Counted from the stretch's first letter, positions 17,212-27,500 are shown. The stretch is 32,000 nt of DNA from Pseudoalteromonas translucida KMM 520 (GCF_001465295.1 NZ_CP011034.1:2100001-2132000), one strand, 5' to 3'. Program-made: numbers and translations. The notes: generated by a model from the letters alone, not told the origin.

Positions 17212-18138
17212 ATGAACACGATTAAACGCATTCTTGCGGTTATTGACCCCACCAAAGACGACCAGCACGGTTTAGCTCGTTCGATTGATTTAGCTAAAAA
17301 ATCTGGTGCGAGAATTACCGCCTTTATGACGGTTTATGACTTTTCTTATGAAATGACTACTATGCTCTCTGGCGATGAGCGCGAAGCTATGCGTAAAGCC
17401 GTGTTAAACGACCGCGAGCTTTGGTTAAAAGATTTAGTATCGCCTTATCATAATGTTAATATTGATACACAAGTTGTTTGGCACAACCGCCCTTACGAAG
17501 CCATTATTAATACCGTTATTGAGCAAAAATTTGACCTTGTTATCAAAGGCACTCATCAGCACAGTACACTCAAAGCCGTTATTTTCACCCCAACCGACTG
17601 GCATTTAGTACGTAAATGCCCATCTCCGGTTTTATTTGTAAAACAAATGGCATGGCCTGCAAATGGCAACATTTTAGCGGCTGTTAATGCAGTGAGCGAA
17701 AACGAGCAACACTTAGCACTTAATAAACGTATCATCAAAGACGCACAATTTTTGTGTGAGCTTGCCGGCGCTAAACTAAACCTGGTGAACGCCTACCCTG
17801 CTACACCAATTAATATTGCCATAGAAATACCTGAGTTTAACCCTGGTATTTATAACGAATCGGTTAAAAAGCATCACCATCAGTCTACTAATGCACTGGC
17901 TGATGAGTTTAATTTACCCCCAGAGCAGTGCTTTATTGAAGAGGGCTTGCCTGAGGACGTTATTCCCGATGTGGCAAAACGTTTAAACAGCGAGCTGGTG
18001 GTTATTGGCACGGTAGGGCGCACTGGTTTAAGCGCGGCCTTAGTAGGCAATACTGCAGAGCATGTTATTGACAGCCTAGATTGCGATGTACTGGCACTTA
18101 AACCCGACGGTTATATTAGCCCGCTCGCAAAAGATTAA
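17212..18138 (+). CDS. uspE: Tandem-domain universal stress protein E
   Basis: The ATG at 17212 has GGAG 6 nt upstream; the listed 17200 start overlaps that SD. The protein is colinear with E. coli UspE as recalled: VIDPTKDDQ, YDFSYEMTTMLSGDEREAMR, VVWHNRPYEAII, AVIFTPTDWHLVRKCPSPV, AYPATPINIAIEIPEF, IGTVGRTGLSAALVGNTAE. Confidence 0.95.
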   Translation: MNTIKRILAVIDPTKDDQHGLARSIDLAKKSGARITAFMTVYDFSYEMTTMLSGDEREAMRKAVLNDRELWLKDLVSPYHNVNIDTQVVWHNRPYEAIINTVIEQKFDLVIKGTHQHSTLKAVIFTPTDWHLVRKCPSPVLFVKQMAWPANGNILAAVNAVSENEQHLALNKRIIKDAQFLCELAGAKLNLVNAYPATPINIAIEIPEFNPGIYNESVKKHHHQSTNALADEFNLPPEQCFIEEGLPEDVIPDVAKRLNSELVVIGTVGRTGLSAALVGNTAEHVIDSLDCDVLALKPDGYISPLAKD

Positions 18139-18141
18139 ATT

Positions 18142-18169
18142 TTGTTACCGAGCATTTTAAGTATATAAT
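18142..18169 (+). promoter_or_regulatory. Candidate sigma70 promoter for ttcA
   Basis: TTGTTA (18142-18147), a 16-nt spacer, then a perfect TATAAT (18164-18169). It sits just after the uspE stop and about 57 nt before the ttcA start. Confidence 0.45.
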
Positions 18170-18225
18170 GCGCCCCTTTATTTTTAGCAAATAACTTTGC
18201 CGTATTGTTTAATAAGGGGGCGTAA

Positions 18226-19140
18226 TTGTCTCATTCAGATCAAGCTAAAGCTCAATTTAACTTAACCAAGCTTCAAAAGCGTTTACGCCGCCAAACAGGT
18301 CAAGCCGTCATGGACTTTAACATGATTGAAGAAGGCGACCGTATTATGGTGTGCTTATCTGGTGGCAAAGACAGCTACACTATGCTCGACATGCTGCAAC
18401 ACTTAAAACGTGTAGCACCGATTAAATTTGAGCTGTTTGTTGTTAATTTAGATCAAAAGCAACCTGGATTTCCTGAGCATGTTTTACCCCAGTACCTAGA
18501 TAAACTAAATGTTGAATACAAAATTGTTGAAGAAGACACCTACAGCATAGTTACCGATATTATCCCTGAAGGTAAAACGACTTGTTCACTTTGTTCGCGT
18601 CTGCGCCGTGGTATTTTATATCGTACCGCTAAAGAGCTAGGTGCAACTAAAATTGCGCTTGGCCATCATCGCGATGACATGATCGAAACTCTATTTTTAA
18701 ATATGTTTTACGGCGGCAAACTTAAAAGTATGCCTGCTAAGCTAATGAGCGATAACGGTGAGCATATGGTTATTCGCCCACTAGCATACTGCAAAGAAAG
18801 CGATATTAGCCAATATGCGTTTGCACAGGGTTACCCTATTATTCCGTGTAACTTATGTGGCTCGCAAGAAAACCTACAGCGCAAACACACAAAAGCTATG
18901 CTAGCTAAGTGGGACGCTGAGCACCCAGGGCGTATAGAAAGTATTTTTACCGCTATGCAAAATGTTGTACCGTCGCACTTAGCAGATAATCAGTTATTTG
19001 ATTTTACTAATTTGCAAACTGGTGAAGTAATTGATGGTGGCGATATTGCCCTAGACAAACCAGATATTCCAAAAGAGCCAATTAATAGTTTACAAGATGA
19101 AGATGCCAGCGCAGAAGTGGTTACTATTAACTTAAGCTAG
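18226..19140 (+). CDS. ttcA: tRNA 2-thiocytidine(32) synthetase
   Basis: The gene has a TTG start with AAGGGGG 5-6 nt upstream. The PP-loop (VCLSGGKDS), [13 protein letters not shown] and [10 protein letters not shown] are present, and the protein is colinear with E. coli TtcA as recalled. Confidence 0.95.
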   Translation: MSHSDQAKAQFNLTKLQKRLRRQTGQAVMDFNMIEEGDRIMVCLSGGKDSYTMLDMLQHLKRVAPIKFELFVVNLDQKQPGFPEHVLPQYLDKLNVEYKIVEEDTYSIVTDIIPEGKTTCSLCSRLRRGILYRTAKELGATKIALGHHRDDMIETLFLNMFYGGKLKSMPAKLMSDNGEHMVIRPLAYCKESDISQYAFAQGYPIIPCNLCGSQENLQRKHTKAMLAKWDAEHPGRIESIFTAMQNVVPSHLADNQLFDFTNLQTGEVIDGGDIALDKPDIPKEPINSLQDEDASAEVVTINLS

Positions 19141-19147
19141 TGTTACC

Positions 19148-19175
19148 TAGGGCTTGTATGCTAATACAAGCCCTA
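19148..19175 (+). terminator. Hairpin after ttcA (weak terminator candidate)
   Basis: An 11-bp perfect stem, TAGGGCTTGTA (19148-19158) with TACAAGCCCTA (19165-19175), lies 8 nt after the ttcA stop. The T-run (TTTTT) begins only about 15 nt downstream, so intrinsic termination is uncertain. Confidence 0.45.
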
Positions 19176-19541
19176 CCACTTCTAGTTTTTGAGCTAATTT
19201 CATTACTTAAAAACCACTTTATTTTGGTTACATTACCTTATAATTACAATGTAACATCCATCCCCTGCTCCTTTTTTTTGCTAAAACACACTGTTTACCT
19301 TTAAACAGAAAGAGTCGTGCTTTACTCCCTAATGCCCTGCTAGCAATGCATATAAAGTGTAAATTACGTATTCATTAACCCCTTAGATCTGGCTGAATTG
19401 TAACAACCTCGTCACAATCATTCTATTTTAAAGAACAAAAAACACGGTTTTTACAAATGTACAACAGTTAAAAGTGAACCGATTATATAAAGGTCAAAGC
19501 AAAGTGACACTCTGTAATCAACCAATAAATAGGAAGAACTT

Positions 19542-20261
19542 ATGTTAAAAATTAATAAAACATTAAAGACGCTAGCAGTGGGCCTAAGCTTAGTTGCTGC
19601 AACGTGCAGTTCTGCTTTTGCTGGTGAGCCATCAAAAAGCATGTTAACACCAGACAACCACTCGTTAATTTTAATTGACCACCAACCACAAATGGCTTTT
19701 GCTACTCGCTCGCACACGGTTGAAAGCGTGCGTAATAACGTAACGGGCTTAGCCAAAGCTGCTAAAGCATTTAAAGTACCTACTATTTTAACAACCGTTG
19801 CAGCAAAGTCTTTCAGTGGTCCAATTTTTCCTGAATTACAAGCAGTATTCCCTAAACAATCACCGATTGATCGTACAACAATGAACACATGGGAAGATAA
19901 GCGCGTAACTGACAAAATAAAGTCGTTTAAGAAAAACAAAATTGTTATCTCGGCACTATGGACCGAAGTATGTGGTGTAGGCCCTGTATTATCTGCTATT
20001 GATGAAGGTTATGAAGTGTTTTTTGTAACAGATGCATCGGGTGGTGTAAGTAAAGAAGCACACGACATGGCAGTATTACGTATGGTTCAAGCGGGTGCAA
20101 AACCAATCACATGGTTACAGTACATGCTAGAACTACAACGTGACTGGGCGCGTACTGGTACTTATGCTGACGTAACTGATATTGCTAAAGAGCATGCAGG
20201 TGGCTATGGTTTAGGCCTTATCTATGCAACTGACATGTTTAATGCAAAAGAAGGTCACTAG
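19542..20261 (+). CDS. Secreted isochorismatase-family (YcaC-like) cysteine hydrolase
   Basis: The protein has a signal peptide ending AFA/GE. It is colinear with E. coli YcaC as recalled: LILIDHQ (Asp), VPTILTT, ALWTEVCGVGP (nucleophile Cys), EVFFVTDASGG, LQRDW. AGGAAG lies upstream of the ATG. Confidence 0.85.
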   Translation: MLKINKTLKTLAVGLSLVAATCSSAFAGEPSKSMLTPDNHSLILIDHQPQMAFATRSHTVESVRNNVTGLAKAAKAFKVPTILTTVAAKSFSGPIFPELQAVFPKQSPIDRTTMNTWEDKRVTDKIKSFKKNKIVISALWTEVCGVGPVLSAIDEGYEVFFVTDASGGVSKEAHDMAVLRMVQAGAKPITWLQYMLELQRDWARTGTYADVTDIAKEHAGGYGLGLIYATDMFNAKEGH

Positions 20262-20275
20262 TTTTATCAATAATT

Positions 20276-20298
20276 AAAGGCCACTTATGTGGCCTTTT
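20276..20298 (+). terminator. Hairpin with T-run between the hydrolase and cytochrome c genes
   Basis: AAAGGCCAC (20276-20284), loop TTAT, GTGGCCTTT (20289-20297), ending in TTTT. It lies 15 nt after the hydrolase stop and 15 nt before the cytochrome c ATG. Confidence 0.6.
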
Positions 20299-20312
20299 CA
20301 TTGGAGAGCAGC

Positions 20313-20666
20313 ATGAAAATCATTCCATTATTAGCTTTACTACTCTCAGCCTCGCTTTATGCCAATGAGGAAGTAAGCACCTCTGCACAAGCTGAAAGTC
20401 TAGCAAGAGCAAAGCAATTATCCCAACAATGTTTAGGTTGCCATGGCGAATTTGGTATTGCGCCAATTACTACTAATCCTAACTTAGCTGGACAAAATGC
20501 TGAATATCTCGAATATGCTTTAAAAGCGTATCGTGGCGGCGAGCGTAAAGGCGGAATGGCTTTTATTATGCGCGCTAATGCCAGTGCCCTATCGGATCAA
20601 GATATTAAAGATTTAGCACTGTATTTTTCATCGCAAGCTGGGCGTAACGCCAGCTCACATCAATAA
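20313..20666 (+). CDS. Periplasmic monohaem class I cytochrome c (c4-half/c553-like)
   Basis: The ATG at 20313 has GGAGAG upstream; the listed GTG at 20289 lies inside the hairpin. The protein has a signal peptide (MKIIPLLALLLSASLYA), a single CXXCH (CLGCHG), PNLAGQNAEYLEYALKAYRGGER and a downstream Met ligand candidate. Confidence 0.85.
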   Translation: MKIIPLLALLLSASLYANEEVSTSAQAESLARAKQLSQQCLGCHGEFGIAPITTNPNLAGQNAEYLEYALKAYRGGERKGGMAFIMRANASALSDQDIKDLALYFSSQAGRNASSHQ

Positions 20667-20686
20667 TTTAATGTAAGGAATACGCT

Positions 20687-22437
20687 ATGAAACTAATTAA
20701 AAGTTTACTCTCTGTCGCTATTAGTTCGACTATCGCTTTCAATGCACTTGCTGCCGATATGATTGTTTACAATAGTAAGATTGATACTTATGACGGTCAA
20801 AAATTCAGTGCTTTTCGGTTACAGATGGCCGTTTTGAGCAACTAACTAATGATAAAGAACAGCTATTAAAAGAAAAAACCGCCGATACTATTGTTATTGA
20901 CGCGCAAGGTCGCCGAGTGATCCCTGGTCTTAACGACTCACATTTGCATGTAGTGCGTGGCGGACGCTTTTATAACCTCGAAACCCGCTGGGAAGGTATT
21001 GACTCTTTAGCCACTGGCCTGGAGATGATAAAGCAAAATGCAAAAGTAACTCCTAAAGGTCAATGGGTGCGTGTTATTGGTGGCTGGAGCCCATACCAAT
21101 TTAAAGAAAAGCGCTTACCAACCTCAGCTGAGTTAACCGAAGCGGCACCTGATACACCAGTATTTGTTTTGCATTTGTACTCAGGCGGTGTATTGAATAA
21201 AAAAGCATTGCAAGTATTAGGTATAACTAAAAATACCGTCCCCCCTAAAGGCAGTTACTATGAAAAAGATGCCAACGGTGAATTAACTGGGCGCTTAGTA
21301 GCTGATCCTAACCCAATGATTTTATATAAAACAATTGCTGCACTACCGCAATTATCAGCCGAAGAGCAACTAAATTCTAGTAAACAATACTACAACAAGC
21401 TATTAAGCTTAGGCGTAACAAGTGTTATTGATGCAGGCGGCGGTGGCCACACTTTTCCTGAAAACTATCAAGCATCAACAGCCTTAGCGGTAACTGGTGA
21501 ACTACCTATCCGCGTGTCTAATTATTTATTTCCACAAACACCTGGTGAAGAAATTCAAAGTTTTACGCAATGGATGAGCAGCTACAACGCCAACCAAGAT
21601 CTACACTCACACATGGACAATGGTTATGTGATTGAAGGCGGTGGCGAGTTACTTGCTTGGAGCGCCTCTGATTATGAAAACTTCACATCAGGACGCCCTG
21701 ATCTTGCCGCAGACGCTGAAGATGAACTTGAAAAAGTAGTGCGTTTACACCTACTACAAGGTTGGCCATTTAGAATACACGCTACCTACGATCAATCTAT
21801 TGAGCGTATGTTAACTGTATTTGAAGAAATCAATAAAACACAACCCTTCAACAAAGTGCGTTGGATTATTGACCATGCCGAAACAGTGTCAGATAAAAAT
21901 CTAGCGCGGATTAAAAAATTAGGCGGTGCTATTGCTGTGCAAGGCCGTATGGCATTTGCAGGGGAAGATTTTGCCAAGCGTTATGGTAAACAGCAAACTA
22001 AACGCACACCACCCATTAAAAAAATGCTCGCTATGGACATACCGGTAGGCTTTGGTACTGACGGTACCCGCGTTGCTAGCTTTAACCCATGGGCCACTTA
22101 TTATTGGGCGGTATCGGGTAAAACTGTAGGCGGTTATACCCTATACGATAAAACCAATACCCTAGATAGGCTAACTGCATTACAGGTATTCACCCAAGGT
22201 AGTGCGTATTTTTCAGGCGAAGAAATGTTAAAAGGTCAAATTGAGCCTGGCATGTACGCAGATTTTGCTATTTTAAATCAAGATATTTTAACGGTGGCTG
22301 AGAGCAAACTATTAAAAACGCAAGCAGAGTTAACCGTTGTAGATGGTAAAGTGCAGTATGCAGCAAAACAAAGCTTTCCTAAACTGCACAAACCACTTCA
22401 AAAAGCATTGCCTGCATGGTCACCAGTCAATCAATAA
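20687..22437 (+). pseudogene. Secreted amidohydrolase_3 (YtcJ-like metal-dependent hydrolase) interrupted by a 1-nt frameshift
   Basis: The ATG at 20687 (AAGGAA upstream) encodes MKLIKSLLSVAISSTIAFNALAADMIVYNSKIDTYDGQKFSAF and then stops at 20843-20845. The family sequence resumes one frame over as SVTDGRFEQL...VIDAQGRRVIPGLNDSHLHVVRGG and runs to 22437. The two frames overlap only in 20794-20845, which contains a T4 run (20812-20815). The listed M at 20917 is an internal GTG. Confidence 0.75.
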
Positions 22438-22500
22438 ACTGAGTATTTATATTAAGCTATTAAAATATAATCATTTTAGAAGTAGATAACGCACTAAGTT

Positions 22501-22531
22501 AAAAAGGGTTTGCATTGGCAAACCCTTTTTT
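22501..22531. terminator. Bidirectional rho-independent terminator between convergent genes
   Basis: AAAAA, GGGTTTGC (22506-22513), loop ATTG, GCAAACCC (22518-22525), TTTTTT. It can serve both the amidohydrolase gene (+) and recD (-). Confidence 0.85.
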
Positions 22532-22573
22532 AATGGCTAAATTTGAGTAATTAATAAGATAAAATTTATATCG

Positions 22574-24583
22574 TTAATTTACTAAACGCTCATATAAACC
22601 AGATGCTCTAGACACACTTTTATTCATTGCCAGTAACAATACTTTTTTATCTGCCACCAGCTCAAAGGTATTTTTAGCACGCGTTATGCCGGTATACACT
22701 AACTGCCTATTTATCCCCATGCGGGCTTGTTTTAGCGGCGGTAACACCATGGCGGTGTAGCTAAACTCTGATCCCTGTGATTTATGTATAGTCATTACAT
22801 ATACTTTGTCGTGCGCAGGTAAGCGTGCTGGCGAAAACGCCCGTTGATTCCCCTGCTCGCCTATAAATAGTGCTTTAAGCTGGCCGCTTTCATCGGGCAT
22901 TAAAATACCAATATCGCCATTAAACAACTTAAGCTGATAATCATTTTGGCTTACCATTATTGGCATACCGGTATAATGGCGCTGATTCGGGCTTAGGGTA
23001 ATAAGCCCTTGTTGTTGTAAAACGCGCTCAATACGCTGATTTAAACTATTAACCCCGTAATCACCTTCACGTACTGCGGCCAGTAACTGGTAACTTGCAA
23101 AGGCTTTGTGCACCTCTGCAACGCTTGCACCTTGAGCAATTAAACTAAGATAATGTGTGTATTTACTTGCAGCGCTTTTAACCAATTTTTCGATAGGTTT
23201 AGCTATAAAGTCGTAATCTAAAATCACATCTTTAAAGCGCCCCTCAACACTTTCTTGCTCAACGTAATTTAAAATACCTGTGTTATTGGTATTTACCGCT
23301 AACGCAAGTTGGCCAATACCACTTTGTGCATCAAAGCGGTAGCTGTGTTGTAAAAATGCAATGCAATCGGCAAGTTTAAACGCGCTATTACCTTGCGCCA
23401 TTAATTTAGCCTCGCCGTTAAAGCATAAATTATTTAGCTCATCGCATCGTGCCGGTGAATAACCAGGTGTTTGCCCCAGTACTAGCCCTTGGCATAAGTC
23501 ACTCATTACGCTGCCGGTGTCTACCGAGGCCAGCTGATCTTTATCACCTAAGAGTATTAACCGTGCATGTGCAGGTAATGCCTCAATTAGTTTTGCCATC
23601 AGCGATAAGTCGACCATTGAGGCTTCATCTATAATTAACACATCTAAATGCAGTGGATTCGCTTTATTGTGCCTAAACTTATTGGTAAAGGGTCTTACCC
23701 CTAATAATCGGTGAATAGTTTGTGCACTTTCGGGGATTAACATTTTAATATCAGCGGGTATATTAGTGAGCTTATCTTTAGCGCCTAAAATTGATTCGCT
23801 TAAGCGCGCTGCGGCTTTACCTGTGGGTGCCACCAGCTTAATACTCAGTGGAGCAGTTTTATAAAGCGACTGTAAAATGGCGAGCAACTTAGTCACTGTG
23901 GTCGTTTTACCAGTACCTGGGCCGCCAGTAATAACGCTAAAACCTTTGGTGGCTGCAATAGCACAGGCTACTTTTTGCCAATCGGTGGTAATGGTTGCAT
24001 CGGGTGTAAAATACTCATTAAGTAGCGCAGCTAATAACTCATTATTTATATTAAGTGTACGCTCGCTCATTGTTAGTAAACGGCTCGCTAATGTTTGCTC
24101 ATATCCAGCAAGGCGCGCAAAGTAAAGGCGTTGATTAAACAGTTGCAGTGGTTTGTTGTCTCCAACGCTTGTATGGTTTTGTAAATAGCTAAGTACCTGC
24201 TCATAATTAAACCCTTCACTAAACGGGCTTAGCTTATCTGGCACGCTCTCCTGTGCTTTAATAAAGTCGCTGCGGCGTAAATTAAAAGGGTTACTCCAAT
24301 CAACCTCGCTTAAGGTTAAACAACTATGCTGGCTTTGCTGCGATAAACACAGTAATAGCACCAGATAAAACATTTCATTGTGCGTGTTTTCGCTATTACT
24401 TTTACTGAGCATTTCAGCTAGCTTTACATCCACAATGCGAATGCGGTTTTCGCTAAGTAAATAGGTAAGTAAAGGCACTGCTGTGCTTAAAGTAGGGCTT
24501 TGCTCATTTAGCTCAAGCTCCTGCTCTACCCCTTGATCAAATTCTTGATCAAAAAGGCCCGGTTGATTATTTAATTCACTCAT
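22574..24583 (-). CDS. recD: Exodeoxyribonuclease V alpha subunit (SF1 5'-3' helicase)
   Basis: Walker A (ITGGPGTGKTTT), Walker B (VLIIDEASMVD), TIHKSQGSEF and YTGITRAK are present. The start overlaps the recB stop by 4 nt (24580-24583). Confidence 0.95.
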   Translation of the reverse strand: MSELNNQPGLFDQEFDQGVEQELELNEQSPTLSTAVPLLTYLLSENRIRIVDVKLAEMLSKSNSENTHNEMFYLVLLLCLSQQSQHSCLTLSEVDWSNPFNLRRSDFIKAQESVPDKLSPFSEGFNYEQVLSYLQNHTSVGDNKPLQLFNQRLYFARLAGYEQTLASRLLTMSERTLNINNELLAALLNEYFTPDATITTDWQKVACAIAATKGFSVITGGPGTGKTTTVTKLLAILQSLYKTAPLSIKLVAPTGKAAARLSESILGAKDKLTNIPADIKMLIPESAQTIHRLLGVRPFTNKFRHNKANPLHLDVLIIDEASMVDLSLMAKLIEALPAHARLILLGDKDQLASVDTGSVMSDLCQGLVLGQTPGYSPARCDELNNLCFNGEAKLMAQGNSAFKLADCIAFLQHSYRFDAQSGIGQLALAVNTNNTGILNYVEQESVEGRFKDVILDYDFIAKPIEKLVKSAASKYTHYLSLIAQGASVAEVHKAFASYQLLAAVREGDYGVNSLNQRIERVLQQQGLITLSPNQRHYTGMPIMVSQNDYQLKLFNGDIGILMPDESGQLKALFIGEQGNQRAFSPARLPAHDKVYVMTIHKSQGSEFSYTAMVLPPLKQARMGINRQLVYTGITRAKNTFELVADKKVLLLAMNKSVSRASGLYERLVN

Positions 24584-27500
24584 AACATGGCTCCTTGGCT
24601 AAACAAACTATCTAAAATAGTCACTTGCTCAGTGGTAAGCTTTTTAAAGTACACACCTTGCCCAGCTGGCATGCCACGTAAAAAGGTGTAATACACACCG
24701 CCTAAATGAGTTTCAGCTGAGTAATCAGCTATACGCTGTTTTAGCAAACGATGCAGCGCTACGGTGTAAATTAAATACTGTAAATGATACTGGTGGCTAC
24801 TCATGGCTTGCTCAAGCATATCGTGCTCGTAGTCAGCAGCGTTACTACCTAGGTAATTAGATTTATAATCTAAAATATAATATTTACCTTGGTAGCAAAA
24901 TATTAAATCGATAAAACCTTTTAACAGCCCTTTTACGTGGCTAAATTCGAGCTTACTGTGCTCAAAACCAAAATGCTTTATAAGAATTTCATTAAGCTGC
25001 GGCGCACTTAAGCTTTTAAGCGGTAAGTTAAACTCCATTTCTACTAGGCAATCGCTTGGCGCTAGTTGGCTTAAGCTCAGGCCATTACTGTTAACTAAAG
25101 AGCTGTTACCTGAGATATTATTACCTGAGGTACTATTACCTGAGGCATCAGTATTAACATTGCTATCGCCATTAAGCGGGCAAGCAAGAACGTCTAATAT
25201 CCACTGCTGAGTAATATCTTGCCAGTGTTCACTAATATGGTACTTCTCTAGGCTGCGTTTAATAACGTCTGCTAAATTATGCTCTTTACTAACTGGGTGC
25301 TCTATTGGGCTAGTAAAATCTATTTGCTCAAAAATTTCGTGTAAACAACTCCCCGGTTTTGCCCCTTTCGGAAAGCTATACACAGAAGGGGCTTCGTCTT
25401 CTTGTACGGCAAATTCATCTTTTTCATGATCCTCATCACTGCGCCCAGGCGCTAGGTGGTCGATATGCTTTTTAAAGCTCAGCGCACTAAAGCTAGTTGC
25501 TCGCCAATTACGCTCAATACTGGCTGTTACATTATTTATACTCAATATTTGCTGAGCATCAGCGCTATTATTAAAATCTAAAGTACCTTGAGCTAATAAA
25601 TCCTCTGAGGTGAATTGCTGATAATCCATACCAGTATGCTCGCTGCAAAAATCGGCTAAATGGTTACGCCAAATTTGACTGCTCGTAATTTCAAGCCCTG
25701 CAAATAACACATGCCCCAGGGCACTGCTTTGTATCGCCAAACGACTACTTTGCCCTTGCCCAATGTTATACATACCAATAGCACAAAAGTGTACCGCGCG
25801 AGTGAGTGCTACATACAGTAAGCGTAAATCTTCGGCAAGGCGCTCTTGCTCTGCTTTTTGCAGTGCGTCATCCCCTTTACTTAAATCGTAAATTAGTGTG
25901 CCATTATTATGATACAGCGCTTCTTTCGTTTCACGATAGCCACTAGCAAAGGGCATAAATACCAGCGGATACTCAAGCCCTTTTGAGGCGTGCATAGTCA
26001 CTATTTTAACTAAATTAGCGTCGCTCTCTAGGCGTACTTGCACTGTTTCGCCATCTTGCTGGCTTACCTTTTGTGCAAACCAGCGCAGTAAACGCAATGT
26101 GCCCTCAAGCTCAATTTGTTTTTGCTGTAGTATTTCGCCAAGGTGCCTAAAGTCGGTAAGCCAACGCTCAACGTTGTAGCCTAGGCCTTGCCATTTAGCA
26201 CTAAGTTGATTGTGGCTCATTAAGCGCTCAAGCATTGCCATAGCGCCTTGCTTGTTCCAAATATGGCTAAGCTGCGCAAAAAAGTTTAAGTGCTCTTGCC
26301 ATTGTGCCTCGTCATCTGCCAGTGCATATATTTCGTTATAGCTTAAACAAAATAACGGCCCTGCTAACACGCCACGTAATAGCGACTCATCATACTGGCC
26401 ATGCAACGCAGTTAAAAAATTAAGTAGGTGGTGGCTAAGCTCTTGGTTAAACACACTCTCGCGCGATAAATACACGCTGGCAATTTTAGCGTTGCTCAAG
26501 GCCTTTTTGATTATTTGCGCTTCAACACGGTCGCGCACTAATATACAAATATCTGCAGCGCTTACTGGCTTTTCACCAATACAAGCACGCCCTTGCTCGG
26601 CTTGCGTTAGTAAAGTGACTATTTTATTGGCAAAAAAGGTGGCTAAGTGCTGCTGCCCAATGGCTTTGCCCGTCGGCTTGTTTTTTTCATCTGCGGCGGT
26701 GTCGCTAAATACACAAAATTCAAACGCAGTAGCTGGTTGTCCGTCAATCAAAAACGACTCGTCTGCTTTTTTACCTTTAGCTGCTACTGCATTAAACGGT
26801 ATGGCATCGTTATAAATAAAACTGTTAGCGTGCTTACCAAATAAGCTGTTTACGCTGCTTACTACATCGCTGCTAGAGCGAAAGTTAGTACCTAGCGTAA
26901 ATTGCTGCTGTTTTTGCACTGCTTCTTTGGCACCAATATAGGTAAAAATGTCTGCCCCCCTAAAACCATAAATAGCCTGTTTAGGATCGCCAATCATCGC
27001 CAGTGTAGTGTGCTCTTGCTGGTAAATTTTACTAAAAATACCGTACTGAATCGGATCGGTATCTTGAAACTCATCTATCATAGCCACCGGAAACAACTGG
27101 GCAATTTTTTGCGCCAGTACATTGCCTTGCTCGTTATTTAATGCGCTGTGTAAATTGCTAAGTAAATCATCTGGGGTGATCACGCTTTGCTCTTGCTTGC
27201 GCTTTATTACGGCTGCTTTTACCCACTTTGCCGCATGCTGTACTACAGCAATTGCTAGCCCCTGGTTTATGGTGTTATTAAGTGCGGCAAGCTCGTCAAA
27301 TTGACTCAGTAATGAATGTGTAAATAGCGGCTGATTCTTTTTATAATTGCTTATATCGCTTAAGTTTTCGCTACTCCATATCTCAAACGAGTATTTGCTA
27401 GTACCAAATTCAAAAAACAAATCGCCACCTAAACAAAAGGCTTCAAGTGCTGCAAGGCTGCCTTTGCGCCCTGGCGTTTTAGAACCACTTAAGCCAGAGC

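Noticed and set aside
19451-19939. 162-aa ORF on the minus strand overlapping the start of the YcaC-like hydrolase gene
   Set aside because: It is antisense to a gene with clear family motifs, a signal peptide and an SD. The translation has no recognisable features, and its 3' part runs into non-coding spacer.
20794-20845. Programmed ribosomal frameshift in the amidohydrolase gene
   Set aside because: There is no X XXY YYZ slippery heptamer, no downstream pseudoknot or hairpin, and no known precedent in this family. A homopolymer indel, either a mutation or a sequencing error, is the simpler explanation.
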